NCBI GenBank assembly: GCA_929200535.1
Contig: CAKMZV010000004.1
Location: 40,654-104,653, forward strand
DNA length: 64,000 nucleotides
Origin: an uncultured Gammaproteobacteria bacterium
GTDB taxonomy: Bacteria > Pseudomonadota > Gammaproteobacteria > CAKMZV01
Direction: 5' to 3'
Below the pieces are notes generated by a model. It was not told the origin of the DNA, did not search any database, and was given only the letters and a program-made list of their open reading frames with translations. The position numbers were made by a program, and so were the translations under genes. Positions 1-10,912 of the stretch are shown in pieces (the first letter of the stretch is position 1; every line of letters begins with the position of its first letter).

Positions 1-1840
1 GGGTAGTTAGTTTGTCTAAATCTTTTTTTAGGGTGTTTAATTGGTTTAGTTCGGGTTTTTGTTGGCTATGCGGTTTTTCGTAAAATTCAGGCGCCCCTAT
101 GATTTCTTCTATTGCTTGGATTTTCTTCTCTATTTTATCAATTTGATTGGGTAGCTTCTCTAATTCTTTTTTCATTATGTAAGATATTTTTGGCTTGTTG
201 GGCGTTTTTTGTTTTTTTTGGTCAGTTATTTTTTTCGTATTATCTTCAATATTTTTAAGTTCTTTGCCGTGGCGTAGCCAGTCGCTGTAACCACCGGGGT
301 AGGCAGTAATTTGATTGTTATTTTCAAAAACTAATGTACTGGTGACTACATTATCCAAAAATTCCCGATCGTGGCTAACCAGAATAATGGTTCCTTGATA
401 GTCGAGTAGGGTTTGTTCTAAGGCGTCCAACATTTCAATATCAAGATCATTAGTTGGTTCATCAAGAATCAAAAAATTAGTTGAGCTGGTAAATAATTTG
501 GCTAATGCAACCCGATTACGCTCCCCTCCTGATAAAGCAGAAACTTTGGTCATTGAACGATCAGGACTAAAGAGAAAATTTTTTAAATAGCCGATAACGT
601 GTATTAATTTACCGTTAAATTCCACATAATCACTCCCATCGCCAACATTGTAGGCTACTGTTTTATTTAATAATAAATCACGTTGAACTTGATCAAAATA
701 TCCCATTTGGAGGTTGGTGCCAAGTTTTACAGTGCCGCTATCTACAGGGATTTTTTTTAGTAAAATTTTCAGCAAAGTGGATTTACCAACCCCATTATTA
801 CCAATTAAACCAATCCGCTCGCCACGGAAAATACGCAGATTAAATTTATCTAAAACCACATTGTTTTGATAGCTTTTGCAGAGCTTAAATGCTTCAATAA
901 CTTTTTTCCCTGATAAGTCACCTTCTTGAATACGGATTTTTGCTTTACGTTCACGCTTAATCCTTTCAGAGGCTTGTTGCCGCATTTCTTCGAGGGCTCG
1001 CACCCGTCCTTCATTGCGTGTACGGCGTGCCTTAATGCCTTGGCGAATCCAAATCTCTTCTTGCTGAAGTTTCTTATCAAAATCTTGATTGTTTTTATCT
1101 TCAGAATGATTTGCAAGTTCTTTATTTTTTAAATACTCATTATAGTTCCCTTGCCAAGAATAGATTTTAGTTCGATCAATTTCAATGATTCGTGTTGCGA
1201 GACGTTTTAGAAAACTGCGATCATGAGTAATAAATAAAATGGCACCTTGGTAGGATTGCAAGCGTTTTTCTAACCAGTCAATGGCAGCTAAATCAAGATG
1301 GTTGGTTGGTTCATCGAGAAGTAGTAAATCAGGATTTGAGACTAAGGCTTTTGCCAGTGCTGCACGACGTTGCCAACCACCACTCAATTCGCTTAATTTT
1401 TGAGAAGCAGATAGGTTCATCTCAGTTAAGACAGAATCAATTTGTTGCTCAATATGCCAAGCACCAGCAGCATCAATTTGTGAATGGAGCTCTGAAAGCT
1501 GTTTAAACTGTTCATCAGTTGTTGCTATTTCTGAAAATTGTTGATATTGCTCAATCAGTTCTAATTGTTTGCTCAGCCCCTGATAAACTAATTCCCGCAC
1601 GGTAAGTTCTTTGTTCTTGGGTAGTTCTTGCTCTAATTTGCTAATACGCAACTCTCTTTGCGTATGTATTTCAATCGAGTCTGCCTCAATTTTTCCAGTG
1701 ATAATATTCAGTAAAGTTGATTTGCCAGCCCCATTGCGACCGATAATACATACTCGCTCTTTTTCCTCGATGGAAAATTGGCACTCTTTGAAAATGATTC
1801 TTGCTCCGTAGCGAAGATTAAGTTCGTCAATTCTTAACAT
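1..1840 (-). CDS. ABC-F family ATPase (Uup/YheS-like), truncated at window edge (start codon at 1838-1840, C-terminal coiled-coil tail runs off the 5' end)
   Basis: Reverse-strand translation gives two ABC cassettes (Walker A GRNGAGKST and GNNGVGKST; signatures LSGGWQRRAALAKAL and LSGGERNRVALAKLF). A long charged linker (ARRTRNEGRVRALEEMRQQASERIKRERKAKIRIQEGD) separates them, typical of ABC-F proteins. No stop codon before position 1. Confidence 0.85.
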   Translation of the reverse strand, partial: MLRIDELNLRYGARIIFKECQFSIEEKERVCIIGRNGAGKSTLLNIITGKIEADSIEIHTQRELRISKLEQELPKNKELTVRELVYQGLSKQLELIEQYQQFSEIATTDEQFKQLSELHSQIDAAGAWHIEQQIDSVLTEMNLSASQKLSELSGGWQRRAALAKALVSNPDLLLLDEPTNHLDLAAIDWLEKRLQSYQGAILFITHDRSFLKRLATRIIEIDRTKIYSWQGNYNEYLKNKELANHSEDKNNQDFDKKLQQEEIWIRQGIKARRTRNEGRVRALEEMRQQASERIKRERKAKIRIQEGDLSGKKVIEAFKLCKSYQNNVVLDKFNLRIFRGERIGLIGNNGVGKSTLLKILLKKIPVDSGTVKLGTNLQMGYFDQVQRDLLLNKTVAYNVGDGSDYVEFNGKLIHVIGYLKNFLFSPDRSMTKVSALSGGERNRVALAKLFTSSTNFLILDEPTNDLDIEMLDALEQTLLDYQGTIILVSHDREFLDNVVTSTLVFENNNQITAYPGGYSDWLRHGKELKNIEDNTKKITDQKKQKTPNKPKISYIMKKELEKLPNQIDKIEKKIQAIEEIIGAPEFYEKPHSQQKPELNQLNTLKKDLDKLTT

Positions 1841-2107
1841 TGAGGTGATTTTTGATTTGGTATTTATAAGAGTGTTTATGATTATCTCTTGTAAAATTGT
1901 AATATGAAAGGATACTTCTATTAAATATGACTCGTGTAAAAAAGCGAAAAACTTTCCCCAATGTCGTTGAAAAAAATGGCAATAGAATGGTTATTACTCA
2001 CTTTTTCCGTCTCATTGGGAATAATTTTTCATCTTTTTTCTATCGTCCCATATCTAATAGAAGTAGCCTAAAGTGATTTTTATAACCTTTAAATAAAAAT
2101 TAGAACA

Positions 2108-2290
2108 ATGAAAAAAATAGGGTTGAGTGTATTAGTTGTATTTTTGAGTAGTGTGTTTATTGCTTCTTGTGGAGATAAGACTTCTGCGGTTAAGGATAAT
2201 ACTCAAGAAACAAGAAAGAGAATAGACAAATCTTTTTCTGAATTAGAGAAAAGTGCGGATAAAGTGAGGAAGGAAAGTAATAGTTATTAG
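2108..2290 (+). CDS. small hypothetical lipoprotein (60 aa)
   Basis: Signal peptide with lipobox (VFIASCGD), hydrophilic remainder. No homology recognised. Confidence 0.35.
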   Translation: MKKIGLSVLVVFLSSVFIASCGDKTSAVKDNTQETRKRIDKSFSELEKSADKVRKESNSY

Positions 2291-2359
2291 GATAACTGCT
2301 TTGCCATTTTATGGCACCTATCCAAAGGAGAAGAATTTATCCATTAGGGCCGGGTAGCC

Positions 2360-3679
2360 TTAACGATTCCATTGCATTTGGAATTGATAGGTGGCTTGAT
2401 TAGGGATGATATTATGAAAGCTATCATCCGCTTCATCAAGATGATATCCTGCTCTAAAGCTGATTTTGTTAGGGAATAGGGTTTGTTGTAGAATACTTAA
2501 GGTTTCTTTTTCATAGCTTATTTTTAAGGCGACAAAATGCTCATATGATTGGTGAGTCTTTGCAATACGCCAGTTGAGTGATGTTTCGATGATTTTTTCG
2601 GCGAATCGATTTTGAAAAGTAAAGCGGTTGAAGAGTGAGTCTCGATATTTGCTATCGTGTGCTAATATGGTGAGAGTATCTTTGGGAATTCCAAATTTTC
2701 CATGCGAGTCTAATAACTGATTAAGCTCTGACCAAAATAAATCATCTGGGGCATTTTCATTATGTATGTATTCTGAAATCAGATTGAATTGTTTGTCTCC
2801 TTTCCCGTCTTCACCTCCTTGGGGATTTATTGTGAAATTAATACCAAGCAAATGTTGTTGAGAAACTTCTTGTTGCTCTTCGATTTGTATTCCTTGTTCG
2901 GCAGTGAGAGGGCGTAAATTATCGTTGGGTTTTTTGAGGGAGAATTTCCATCCACCTTCATAAAAACGATGACTGCTATGGATTTCTAAATGGTCATTGA
3001 CAATTTGACTAAAGGCAAAGGATAGTTGTTTATTATCTTGATTGGCTTGTGTTCTAAAATATCCATCCCATTGATTGCCAAAAAATTTGAATAGGTAGTC
3101 TATTGCCCAGTCCTGTTGTTTAAATGTTTGGCGGTAAGTGGTGCTTTGTTCAGGTTGGAATAGAGTGAGTTGATGTGAACCATTATCGGCATATTGTTGG
3201 AGTTGAATGTTCCAAATCCCCGTTTCTGCTTGAATTTTAAAGGGATTCCTTGATTTACGATTTAAGCGTAGAGGCTGGTAAAAATAGCTGACACCAGAGT
3301 CAAATCGTTGTCTGCCTAAACTGAGTTGATAGTCTCCAATATCCCATTTACCATAGACTTGTCGATTTTTAAACGTTACTTCTTTTTCGGAATCATCGTA
3401 ATTTCCATCAATGATATTATCTATTTTCCCGACAAGTTCACTTTCTAAAAAATAGGAGTCATTATAGGATAGGTTAAGGTTAAAGACACTGATAAACTGT
3501 TGCTCGTGTTTATTTTTGTCAGGATTTAATAAGCGGTTTGTTCTTTTGGGTTGATATTGATAGTCGGCTTTAATCTCTAAGTTATTTTGTAAGGCACTTT
3601 GATAGGATATGGCTTGTGTGCTGATTAACGGGAGAAAAAAAATAAATAACGGTAGCCTAATGAATTTTCTGTTTATCAT
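2360..3679 (-). CDS. putative outer-membrane protein (last gene of ABC exporter operon)
   Basis: N-terminal signal peptide. Aromatic-rich, beta-strand-like sequence. Follows the LolA-like gene after a 4-bp spacer on the same strand. Confidence 0.4.
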   Translation of the reverse strand: MINRKFIRLPLFIFFLPLISTQAISYQSALQNNLEIKADYQYQPKRTNRLLNPDKNKHEQQFISVFNLNLSYNDSYFLESELVGKIDNIIDGNYDDSEKEVTFKNRQVYGKWDIGDYQLSLGRQRFDSGVSYFYQPLRLNRKSRNPFKIQAETGIWNIQLQQYADNGSHQLTLFQPEQSTTYRQTFKQQDWAIDYLFKFFGNQWDGYFRTQANQDNKQLSFAFSQIVNDHLEIHSSHRFYEGGWKFSLKKPNDNLRPLTAEQGIQIEEQQEVSQQHLLGINFTINPQGGEDGKGDKQFNLISEYIHNENAPDDLFWSELNQLLDSHGKFGIPKDTLTILAHDSKYRDSLFNRFTFQNRFAEKIIETSLNWRIAKTHQSYEHFVALKISYEKETLSILQQTLFPNKISFRAGYHLDEADDSFHNIIPNQATYQFQMQWNR

Positions 3680-3683
3680 TGGT

Positions 3684-4427
3684 TTATTTTAATGTTGCAT
3701 GTGTTGATAAATAAGATGGCGTGTACCAACGGCTTGGCGTTTTTTTCTCGATAATGTTTGAGAAATTAACAAAAGTTTTTTGTTTCTTTTTAATGGCATT
3801 TTTATACTCGATTTTGCTTATTTGATAACCATCCTCGGTTTTTCTAAAAAAATAGTGTGCGTATTTAGCGACTTTGTGTTTATTAAGATGTAATTTTGCA
3901 GTGAGCGGTAGTGCGTTTTTCTTATCGAGATAGAGTAAGATTTTTTTATACGTTGGTCCACGGCGTTTTTTTTCAAGTACTAATTCGCATTGGGTTTCAT
4001 CACAAGAGTTCACGTTTCCTTGATAATCATCACTCCAGCGAATATTGGTGATGTCGCCAGTGGCAGCATCACCAAAGAGTTTTTGCTGGGGCGTTATTCG
4101 CAAACCTCTTTTACTACGGGGAAGAAACATCCAGAAATTATGCTCCTTCATTAGCACCTTTTGCCCTTTCTCTGCCTGATGATGAAAAAGTACAATGGTT
4201 TTTCGTGGATTTTTGGTATAGACTTGATACTGCCTTTCTTTTATAAGTTTTTCTTTTTCAAATATTTGCACATTCACCATTAATTCACTGTCTAATGCAT
4301 TCATATAGGTATCGGCTTTTTTTAACCACGCATCGGCACGACTACCGGGCTTGTTAGGTAGCTCGTTAGTCAGAGCAAAAGTGGGGAATAAAAACAAAAA
4401 AATGAGTGAAATATAATGTATTTTCAT
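3684..4427 (-). CDS. LolA-like outer-membrane lipoprotein-sorting protein family (periplasmic)
   Basis: Signal peptide, about 250 aa. ATGA start/stop overlap with the upstream FtsX-type permease. This gene neighbourhood is typical for LolA-like proteins. Confidence 0.45.
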   Translation of the reverse strand: MKIHYISLIFLFLFPTFALTNELPNKPGSRADAWLKKADTYMNALDSELMVNVQIFEKEKLIKERQYQVYTKNPRKTIVLFHHQAEKGQKVLMKEHNFWMFLPRSKRGLRITPQQKLFGDAATGDITNIRWSDDYQGNVNSCDETQCELVLEKKRRGPTYKKILLYLDKKNALPLTAKLHLNKHKVAKYAHYFFRKTEDGYQISKIEYKNAIKKKQKTFVNFSNIIEKKTPSRWYTPSYLSTHATLK

Positions 4428-5683
4428 AGGTGCATTAGTGATTGAGTAATAGAAAGTTTATTGATCTTAGTGCTTGCAAGAAAGGTGGATAACTGAACAA
4501 TAAAAAATGTGATCAATGCAATATATAGAATAATTTCTCCTGAAAAAATTACTTGCAGAGGGTAGCCTGTTGTTTGTCCAGGAGGGGGCGCCATCATAAT
4601 GTTAGAGAATAGCAAAGCGACGCTAACTCCGCCATAAATAATTGTTGCAAATACCATAGATATTAGACCAATTAGGGTGGATTCCAATAATAAACTCAGC
4701 ATAATTTCTTTGGGTGCAAAACCGAGAGATGCTAATACCCCAAATTCTCTGGTACGCTCCCAAATAGAAGTGCTTATCAGATTGAATACGGCAAAGAAAA
4801 TAATCACAAAGGTAATTGAACCAACAAAGTAAAAAATCGTATTATAAAGATTTTTTACTCCTTGGTAAAACACGGCTAACTCATCCCAATAGGTGACTTT
4901 TAAATCCTGAAAAGCAGAAGTGATTTTTTTGCCTGCCCTTTGTAGAAAAGAGAGCTCTTTAAGATAAATAGCCACTTGATTGACTTTGTCTGTTGATAGA
5001 AGATCCTGAGCCGTTTGATAGTGGGTAAACAAGGTTCGATTATCAATTTCTGGAATGCCTGTTTCGGAAATACCGACCACTTTAACATCAAAACCATTTA
5101 AACTATCATCAACTGTATTTGAAAGTAGCGTTAAATAATCGCCTATTTTTACCGATAAATTTTTCGCTAACCCTTTACCCAACATAACTTCTGGGTCATC
5201 TTGTGAGTTATATTTGTAGTTTATTGATGAACCCTTGATAAGGTTGATAAATGGACCTCGAACAGTGATTTCTTTAGGGTCAATGCCACGCCCTAAAAAC
5301 GTGACTGATTTATTATCATTGGCAATCAATCCCTGAAAATTAATAACGGGTAGGGCGTGCAATACATCAGAATTTTTAAATAACTCTTTTTTTACCGCAT
5401 CAAGATTTTCCAATCCGTGCTCCATCAAGCGGTTTTCTGGTTTTGCGAATTGTAAAGGATTGCTAAGTACCAAATGCCCGGTTTCTCTGGCACTTCTTTG
5501 TTCTAAAGAGACGTAGGTAAATAACCCAAAACCAGCAATGGTCATTAGCCCAGTGGTTGCGGTGGTGATGAGCAAGATATTTAACAGTGTACGCCGTAAG
5601 CGTGCCTTGAAATTGCACAACGAAAGATGGAATATTGACTGGTTCATAGAAATTTTAGTATTATGTTGTGGAAATAATTTCAC
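4424..5683 (-). CDS. ABC transporter permease, FtsX/MacB/LolCE family
   Basis: About 420 aa. N-terminal TM, large periplasmic domain, C-terminal multi-TM FtsX-like region. Overlaps the ATPase gene. Confidence 0.7.
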   Translation of the reverse strand: MKLFPQHNTKISMNQSIFHLSLCNFKARLRRTLLNILLITTATTGLMTIAGFGLFTYVSLEQRSARETGHLVLSNPLQFAKPENRLMEHGLENLDAVKKELFKNSDVLHALPVINFQGLIANDNKSVTFLGRGIDPKEITVRGPFINLIKGSSINYKYNSQDDPEVMLGKGLAKNLSVKIGDYLTLLSNTVDDSLNGFDVKVVGISETGIPEIDNRTLFTHYQTAQDLLSTDKVNQVAIYLKELSFLQRAGKKITSAFQDLKVTYWDELAVFYQGVKNLYNTIFYFVGSITFVIIFFAVFNLISTSIWERTREFGVLASLGFAPKEIMLSLLLESTLIGLISMVFATIIYGGVSVALLFSNIMMAPPPGQTTGYPLQVIFSGEIILYIALITFFIVQLSTFLASTKINKLSITQSLMHL

Positions 5684-6359
5684 CTTTTTCCAAGGTAATG
5701 ACTCGGTGCATTTGGGTTAATGCCTGTTGATCGTGGCTTGCCATTAATAAGCTGATTTGCATTGTCTCTAAAAAGGATTTAAATAATTTAAAAACGGCAT
5801 CGGCATTTTCCTTATCAAGGCTTGCTGTTGGTTCATCGGCAATGATTAGTTTAGGTTTTTTTACTAAAGCTCTGGCTATTGCGGTGCGTTGTTTTTGTCC
5901 ACCAGAAATTTGCGTAGTGAGTTTGTCAGCAATTGCCGATATTCCCAAAGCATCGATAATCTCTTGTGAGAGTTTTTTTCTTTCTTTGCGGCTGTAATTG
6001 AGTAGTCGCAATGGTAGCTCAATATTCTGTCGAACACTCATCGATTCGACTAATTGAAAGTGCTGAAAAATAAAGCCAATATCTGAACGCCTTAAATTAT
6101 TTTTTTCAATTTTTGACATTTTTTCAGTCGCTTGCTCATTGAAGGTAACCTCTCCGGCAGTAACGTTATCAATACAGCCAGCAATATTTAAAATGGTCGA
6201 TTTTCCAGACCCCGAAGGTCCAACAAGCCCAACCATCTCACTGCCTTGCAAATTAAAATCAATGTTCTTAAGAACGACCATCTCAGCAAATGTTTTACGA
6301 ACATTCTTGAAGGAAAGCATAGGCGATAATCGATTCTTTTGATTTATGTGTTTTGTCAT
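5661..6359 (-). CDS. ABC transporter ATP-binding protein (LolD/MacB-type)
   Basis: Walker A GPSGSGKST, signature ISGGQKQRTAIARAL, Walker B LIIADEPTASLD. Confidence 0.85.
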   Translation of the reverse strand: MTKHINQKNRLSPMLSFKNVRKTFAEMVVLKNIDFNLQGSEMVGLVGPSGSGKSTILNIAGCIDNVTAGEVTFNEQATEKMSKIEKNNLRRSDIGFIFQHFQLVESMSVRQNIELPLRLLNYSRKERKKLSQEIIDALGISAIADKLTTQISGGQKQRTAIARALVKKPKLIIADEPTASLDKENADAVFKLFKSFLETMQISLLMASHDQQALTQMHRVITLEKGEIISTT

Positions 6360-6964
6360 TATTTTTCTGCGTTTTCATTATTCACTTCTTCTATATACTC
6401 TTTAACGCTTGCTTGAAATTCAGGAGCTGCTTTGGGAAAGTTTGGATGATTGATGATACTTTGTAAAATGGCTTTACCCTGTGAGTGCGTTTTGAAAATT
6501 CCATCAGGCAGGCTAAGAAGAGTTTGTGCCTCAACAAACCAAATATCGAATAGAGAAAAAGTATGAAAGCCCATGGTTTCGCCCAATTTTTTTGTGATTT
6601 TCTTATCGCTTAATTTGTTATCTATTTCTTGAAAAACTTTGATTCCCTCCTCAGCGTACTTAATCTTATTCCAAGGCATCCAACTATCACGACCAATAAG
6701 TGTTAGAGAGGATGCCCAATAAGCACGCAATAATAAATCATCCGGTTTTTTATTAACAGCTTCTCGCCATAATTTTTCGTTATCCTGACTATCCTTTTTC
6801 TCATTTCGTGTTTCAAAAAATGAGCGATGCAATTCTTTATAGGATTGATAAGGTGTATTTTTAATAAGAGCTGGAATCTCTGACTGGGCATTAGCATTTA
6901 TCGCAAAAAAAGTTGTCAATAGACTAATGAAAAATAGTTTTATTATTTTTTTGAGCATTGTCAT
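6359..6964 (-). CDS. hypothetical secreted protein (first gene of ABC exporter operon)
   Basis: Signal peptide (ends AINANAQS). Stop overlaps the ATPase start codon. Confidence 0.4.
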   Translation of the reverse strand: MTMLKKIIKLFFISLLTTFFAINANAQSEIPALIKNTPYQSYKELHRSFFETRNEKKDSQDNEKLWREAVNKKPDDLLLRAYWASSLTLIGRDSWMPWNKIKYAEEGIKVFQEIDNKLSDKKITKKLGETMGFHTFSLFDIWFVEAQTLLSLPDGIFKTHSQGKAILQSIINHPNFPKAAPEFQASVKEYIEEVNNENAEK

Positions 6965-7126
6965 TGTATTATTTAAAGTTAAAAATAATTGCAGCTATAT
7001 ATAACCGCAAAAGCCTAAACAAAATTCTAATAAGGAAAATCGGTTTATTGTAAAATTAGTCGTCTATGATAATTTTTTTTCGCCAAACAATCTATTTATT
7101 CGTTTACGTATCGTGAAAAATCCTTA

Positions 7127-7951
7127 ATGAAGCAAGAAAAACGCATCCCTATTATTCTTCCAAACATAGTAATTAGCTTATTTATTACTGCGATTACGCC
7201 CTATAATTTTGAAAATCTTGTATGGTATAAAAGTTTTTTATATTGGTTTTTGGCAATACATTCGGGGTATGTATTAAATCATCTTGGCATCATCGGTTTT
7301 TCTGAATTATTTAAAAAAGCTTTTGTTGCCGAGGCTTTTGATCGTACGCAGTTATTGATTGTTTTTGCTGTGAGTGCGGTTATTGCTGCTTTCCCTTTGT
7401 CTGCCATTCTTGTTTTGCTTAATTTGTCACTTACGCCTTGGGAACTTAGCTGGTCATATCTCTATTTCCAAACACTTATATGGAACTTTTTTATGATTTT
7501 CAGTTATGGCTTATGGATACAATCAAGAGTAAATGATATGAATTTTCGAATTTCCTCTTTTTTGACTATTGTTTTTGGAATAACCAATATTCGAGAGGGT
7601 TTATTTTATGAACATAAATTGGTGAAAAATATAGAGGAAAAACAACCAGAAAAATCAATCCCCAAAGGAATTAAAATGTTACTGCCTTATAATTTACAAA
7701 AAGCGAATAAGGTATTAAGATTAAAAGCAGATGATCACTATTTATACGTACAAACCGAATTAGGTAGCGAACATATTCGCCTAAGATTAAGAGATGCGAT
7801 AGAAATGTTAGAGTCAACCATCGGAGCTCAAACCCATCGTTCTCACTGGGTAAATTTTAGCTTTGTTAAAGAAGTGAAAAATAACAGCATAATACTTGAA
7901 GATGGCACAACAATCCCTTTGAGTAAAAGTTATCAAAAATTTTTTTTGTAA
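7127..7951 (+). CDS. membrane-anchored LytTR-domain protein
   Basis: 4 to 5 predicted TM helices, then a C-terminal LytTR-like DNA-binding region (KADDHYLYVQT...HRSHWVNFSFVKEV). Confidence 0.6.
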   Translation: MKQEKRIPIILPNIVISLFITAITPYNFENLVWYKSFLYWFLAIHSGYVLNHLGIIGFSELFKKAFVAEAFDRTQLLIVFAVSAVIAAFPLSAILVLLNLSLTPWELSWSYLYFQTLIWNFFMIFSYGLWIQSRVNDMNFRISSFLTIVFGITNIREGLFYEHKLVKNIEEKQPEKSIPKGIKMLLPYNLQKANKVLRLKADDHYLYVQTELGSEHIRLRLRDAIEMLESTIGAQTHRSHWVNFSFVKEVKNNSIILEDGTTIPLSKSYQKFFL

Positions 7952-7957
7952 TAATAT

Positions 7958-8116
7958 GAGACCTTTGCATAAAAGTATGGCAAAAGAAAAAAGATAAAAA
8001 ATCGTTCTGATTGAGGCGTGAAACGCAGCTAATACGTCCGTCTTCGCAAGTTTCACAACGATAATCAGGACGTTTTTTTACTTTTTTACTTGTCGTATCT
8101 TTTGTGCAAAGGTCTC
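7958..8116. mobile_element. MITE-like palindromic repeat, copy A (inverted orientation relative to the other full copies)
   Basis: Begins GAGACCTTTGCA and ends TGCAAAGGTCTC, with about 45-bp terminal inverted repeats. Internal GTGAAAC...GTTTCAC hairpin core. The same sequence recurs at 15184, 22335, 25101 and 44136. Confidence 0.8.
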
Positions 8117-8134
8117 AATATATAAAGTAAATAT

Positions 8135-8443
8135 ATGAATGTCGGAAATTTTAATTATCGTTTTGAAGGTCCATTTGCTAATTTAACATTTATTGAGGAT
8201 TACCCGGGTGTTTATGTCGTGCTGGGTAGCCACACTCAAGAAGAATGGGATATTATCGATGTGGGTGAGGCAGAAAAAGTATATTCTGCTCTTGAAGGGC
8301 ATAGCCGTACCTCTCTTTGGGAAGAAAAAAATTATGAGTATTTAAAGTATGCGGTGTACTATTGTGAGGAAGAGAAGCGTATGGCAATTGAGAAGCAGAT
8401 TAGGGAGCATTTTAAACCTTGCTGTACACCAGAGATAGCCTAA
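8135..8443 (+). CDS. hypothetical protein (102 aa)
   Basis: ORF lying between MITE copy A and hemW. No recognisable motif. Confidence 0.3.
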   Translation: MNVGNFNYRFEGPFANLTFIEDYPGVYVVLGSHTQEEWDIIDVGEAEKVYSALEGHSRTSLWEEKNYEYLKYAVYYCEEEKRMAIEKQIREHFKPCCTPEIA

Positions 8444-8448
8444 GCTGA

Positions 8449-9675
8449 ATGGCACACATTGCTTTATACATTCATATTCCTTGGTGTATAAAAAAATGTC
8501 CTTATTGTGATTTTAATTCGCATAATGCGAGTGTTTCTCCTGATTACAATCATTATGTAAAAATCCTATTAAGAGATTTAGACCATCAATTATCTTTATT
8601 TCCTGACACACAAAAAAGAGAGTTGAGTTCTATTTTTATTGGTGGCGGTACTCCAAGCTTATGCTCAGGTGATGCGATGCGGTATTTGTTGGAAGGAGTT
8701 TTTCAGCGTTTTGTTTGTTCTTCAGACATTGAAGTGACTATTGAGGCAAATCCAGGAACCGCAGAAAGCTCTTATTTTGAGGCGTATGTGCAAGCTGGAA
8801 TCAATCGCATTTCATTAGGCTTGCAAAGTTTTAATGATACTTCCTTACAACGCTTGGGGAGAATACATTCTTCCAAAGAAAATTTTCAAGCTGTAGAAAA
8901 AGCCAAAGCAGCTGGGTTTCAGAGAATTAATATTGATGTAATGTATGCCTTGCCAGAGCAAACGTTGGCAATGGCATTATCTGATGTAAATTCCGCATTA
9001 GCTTGTGAGGTGGAACATATTTCCTACTATCAATTGACTCTCGAAGAAAATACACTTTTTTATCGGCAAGTACCTAAGGGAATACCAAGTGAAGATTTAT
9101 GTTGGGATATTGCCACTCAAGGAAGCGAGCTTTTACACGCTAATCAATTTACAAATTATGAGGTTTCAGCATGGAGTCGTGGCGAGGCAAATAATTCACA
9201 ATGTCGGCACAATGTGAATTATTGGAAGTACGGTGATTACATTGGTATTGGAGCAGGGGCACATGGCAAACTCTCTTTTCAACAAGGTGAGAATTTAAAA
9301 ATTATCCGCACTCAACAAATTAGTTCACCGACAAGCTATATCGAAGCATACAGCAAGAAAAACGATACAAAAGCAAAGCCTTTAAAGGATTTTCCACTTG
9401 GACGTAGTTATGGAGGAATGCGTACACTTGAAGTATCAAAAGATGAAATTTTATTTGAATATATGCTCAATCGTTTGCGTTTAAATTCAGCGTTTAGCAT
9501 ACAACAATGTCAACAAATGACGGGGTTAGCAAAGCAGAAAATTCAACATTCTATAGACTTCGCGATTGAAAAGGATTTTTTAAAAGAAGTTTCTTTGAAT
9601 ATGACCTATCAAAAAACCCAACTCGGAAATCAATTTTTAAATGATTTGATTTGGGGTTTTAGTGAGAATGGTTAA
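8449..9675 (+). CDS. hemW: radical SAM heme chaperone HemW (HemN-like, oxygen-independent coproporphyrinogen oxidase family)
   Basis: CxxxCxxC radical-SAM motif near the N-terminus (CIKKCPYCDF). About 400 aa, HemN-like. Confidence 0.75.
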   Translation: MAHIALYIHIPWCIKKCPYCDFNSHNASVSPDYNHYVKILLRDLDHQLSLFPDTQKRELSSIFIGGGTPSLCSGDAMRYLLEGVFQRFVCSSDIEVTIEANPGTAESSYFEAYVQAGINRISLGLQSFNDTSLQRLGRIHSSKENFQAVEKAKAAGFQRINIDVMYALPEQTLAMALSDVNSALACEVEHISYYQLTLEENTLFYRQVPKGIPSEDLCWDIATQGSELLHANQFTNYEVSAWSRGEANNSQCRHNVNYWKYGDYIGIGAGAHGKLSFQQGENLKIIRTQQISSPTSYIEAYSKKNDTKAKPLKDFPLGRSYGGMRTLEVSKDEILFEYMLNRLRLNSAFSIQQCQQMTGLAKQKIQHSIDFAIEKDFLKEVSLNMTYQKTQLGNQFLNDLIWGFSENG

Positions 9676-9769
9676 TTTTTTTGGTAAAATTAAACAAGTT
9701 GTTATTTTGAGAGATTAACCGATTTTTATGGTTAATTATCGCTTTTTAACTACCTTTAAAAATATTTAA

Positions 9770-10900
<1,131 letters not shown>

Positions 10901-10912
10901 GAGGAGAGGGCA

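Noticed and set aside
1306-1811. Plus-strand 66-aa ORFs at 1306-1506 and 1611-1811
   Set aside because: They are embedded antisense within the well-supported ABC-F ATPase gene, with no motifs.
1886-2020. About 44-aa ORF (MTRVKKRKTFPNVVEKNGNRMVITHFFRLIGNNFSSFFYRPISNRSSLK) in the spacer upstream of the small lipoprotein gene
   Set aside because: No ribosome-binding site. Low-complexity, unconserved-looking. The region more likely holds the promoters of the divergent genes.
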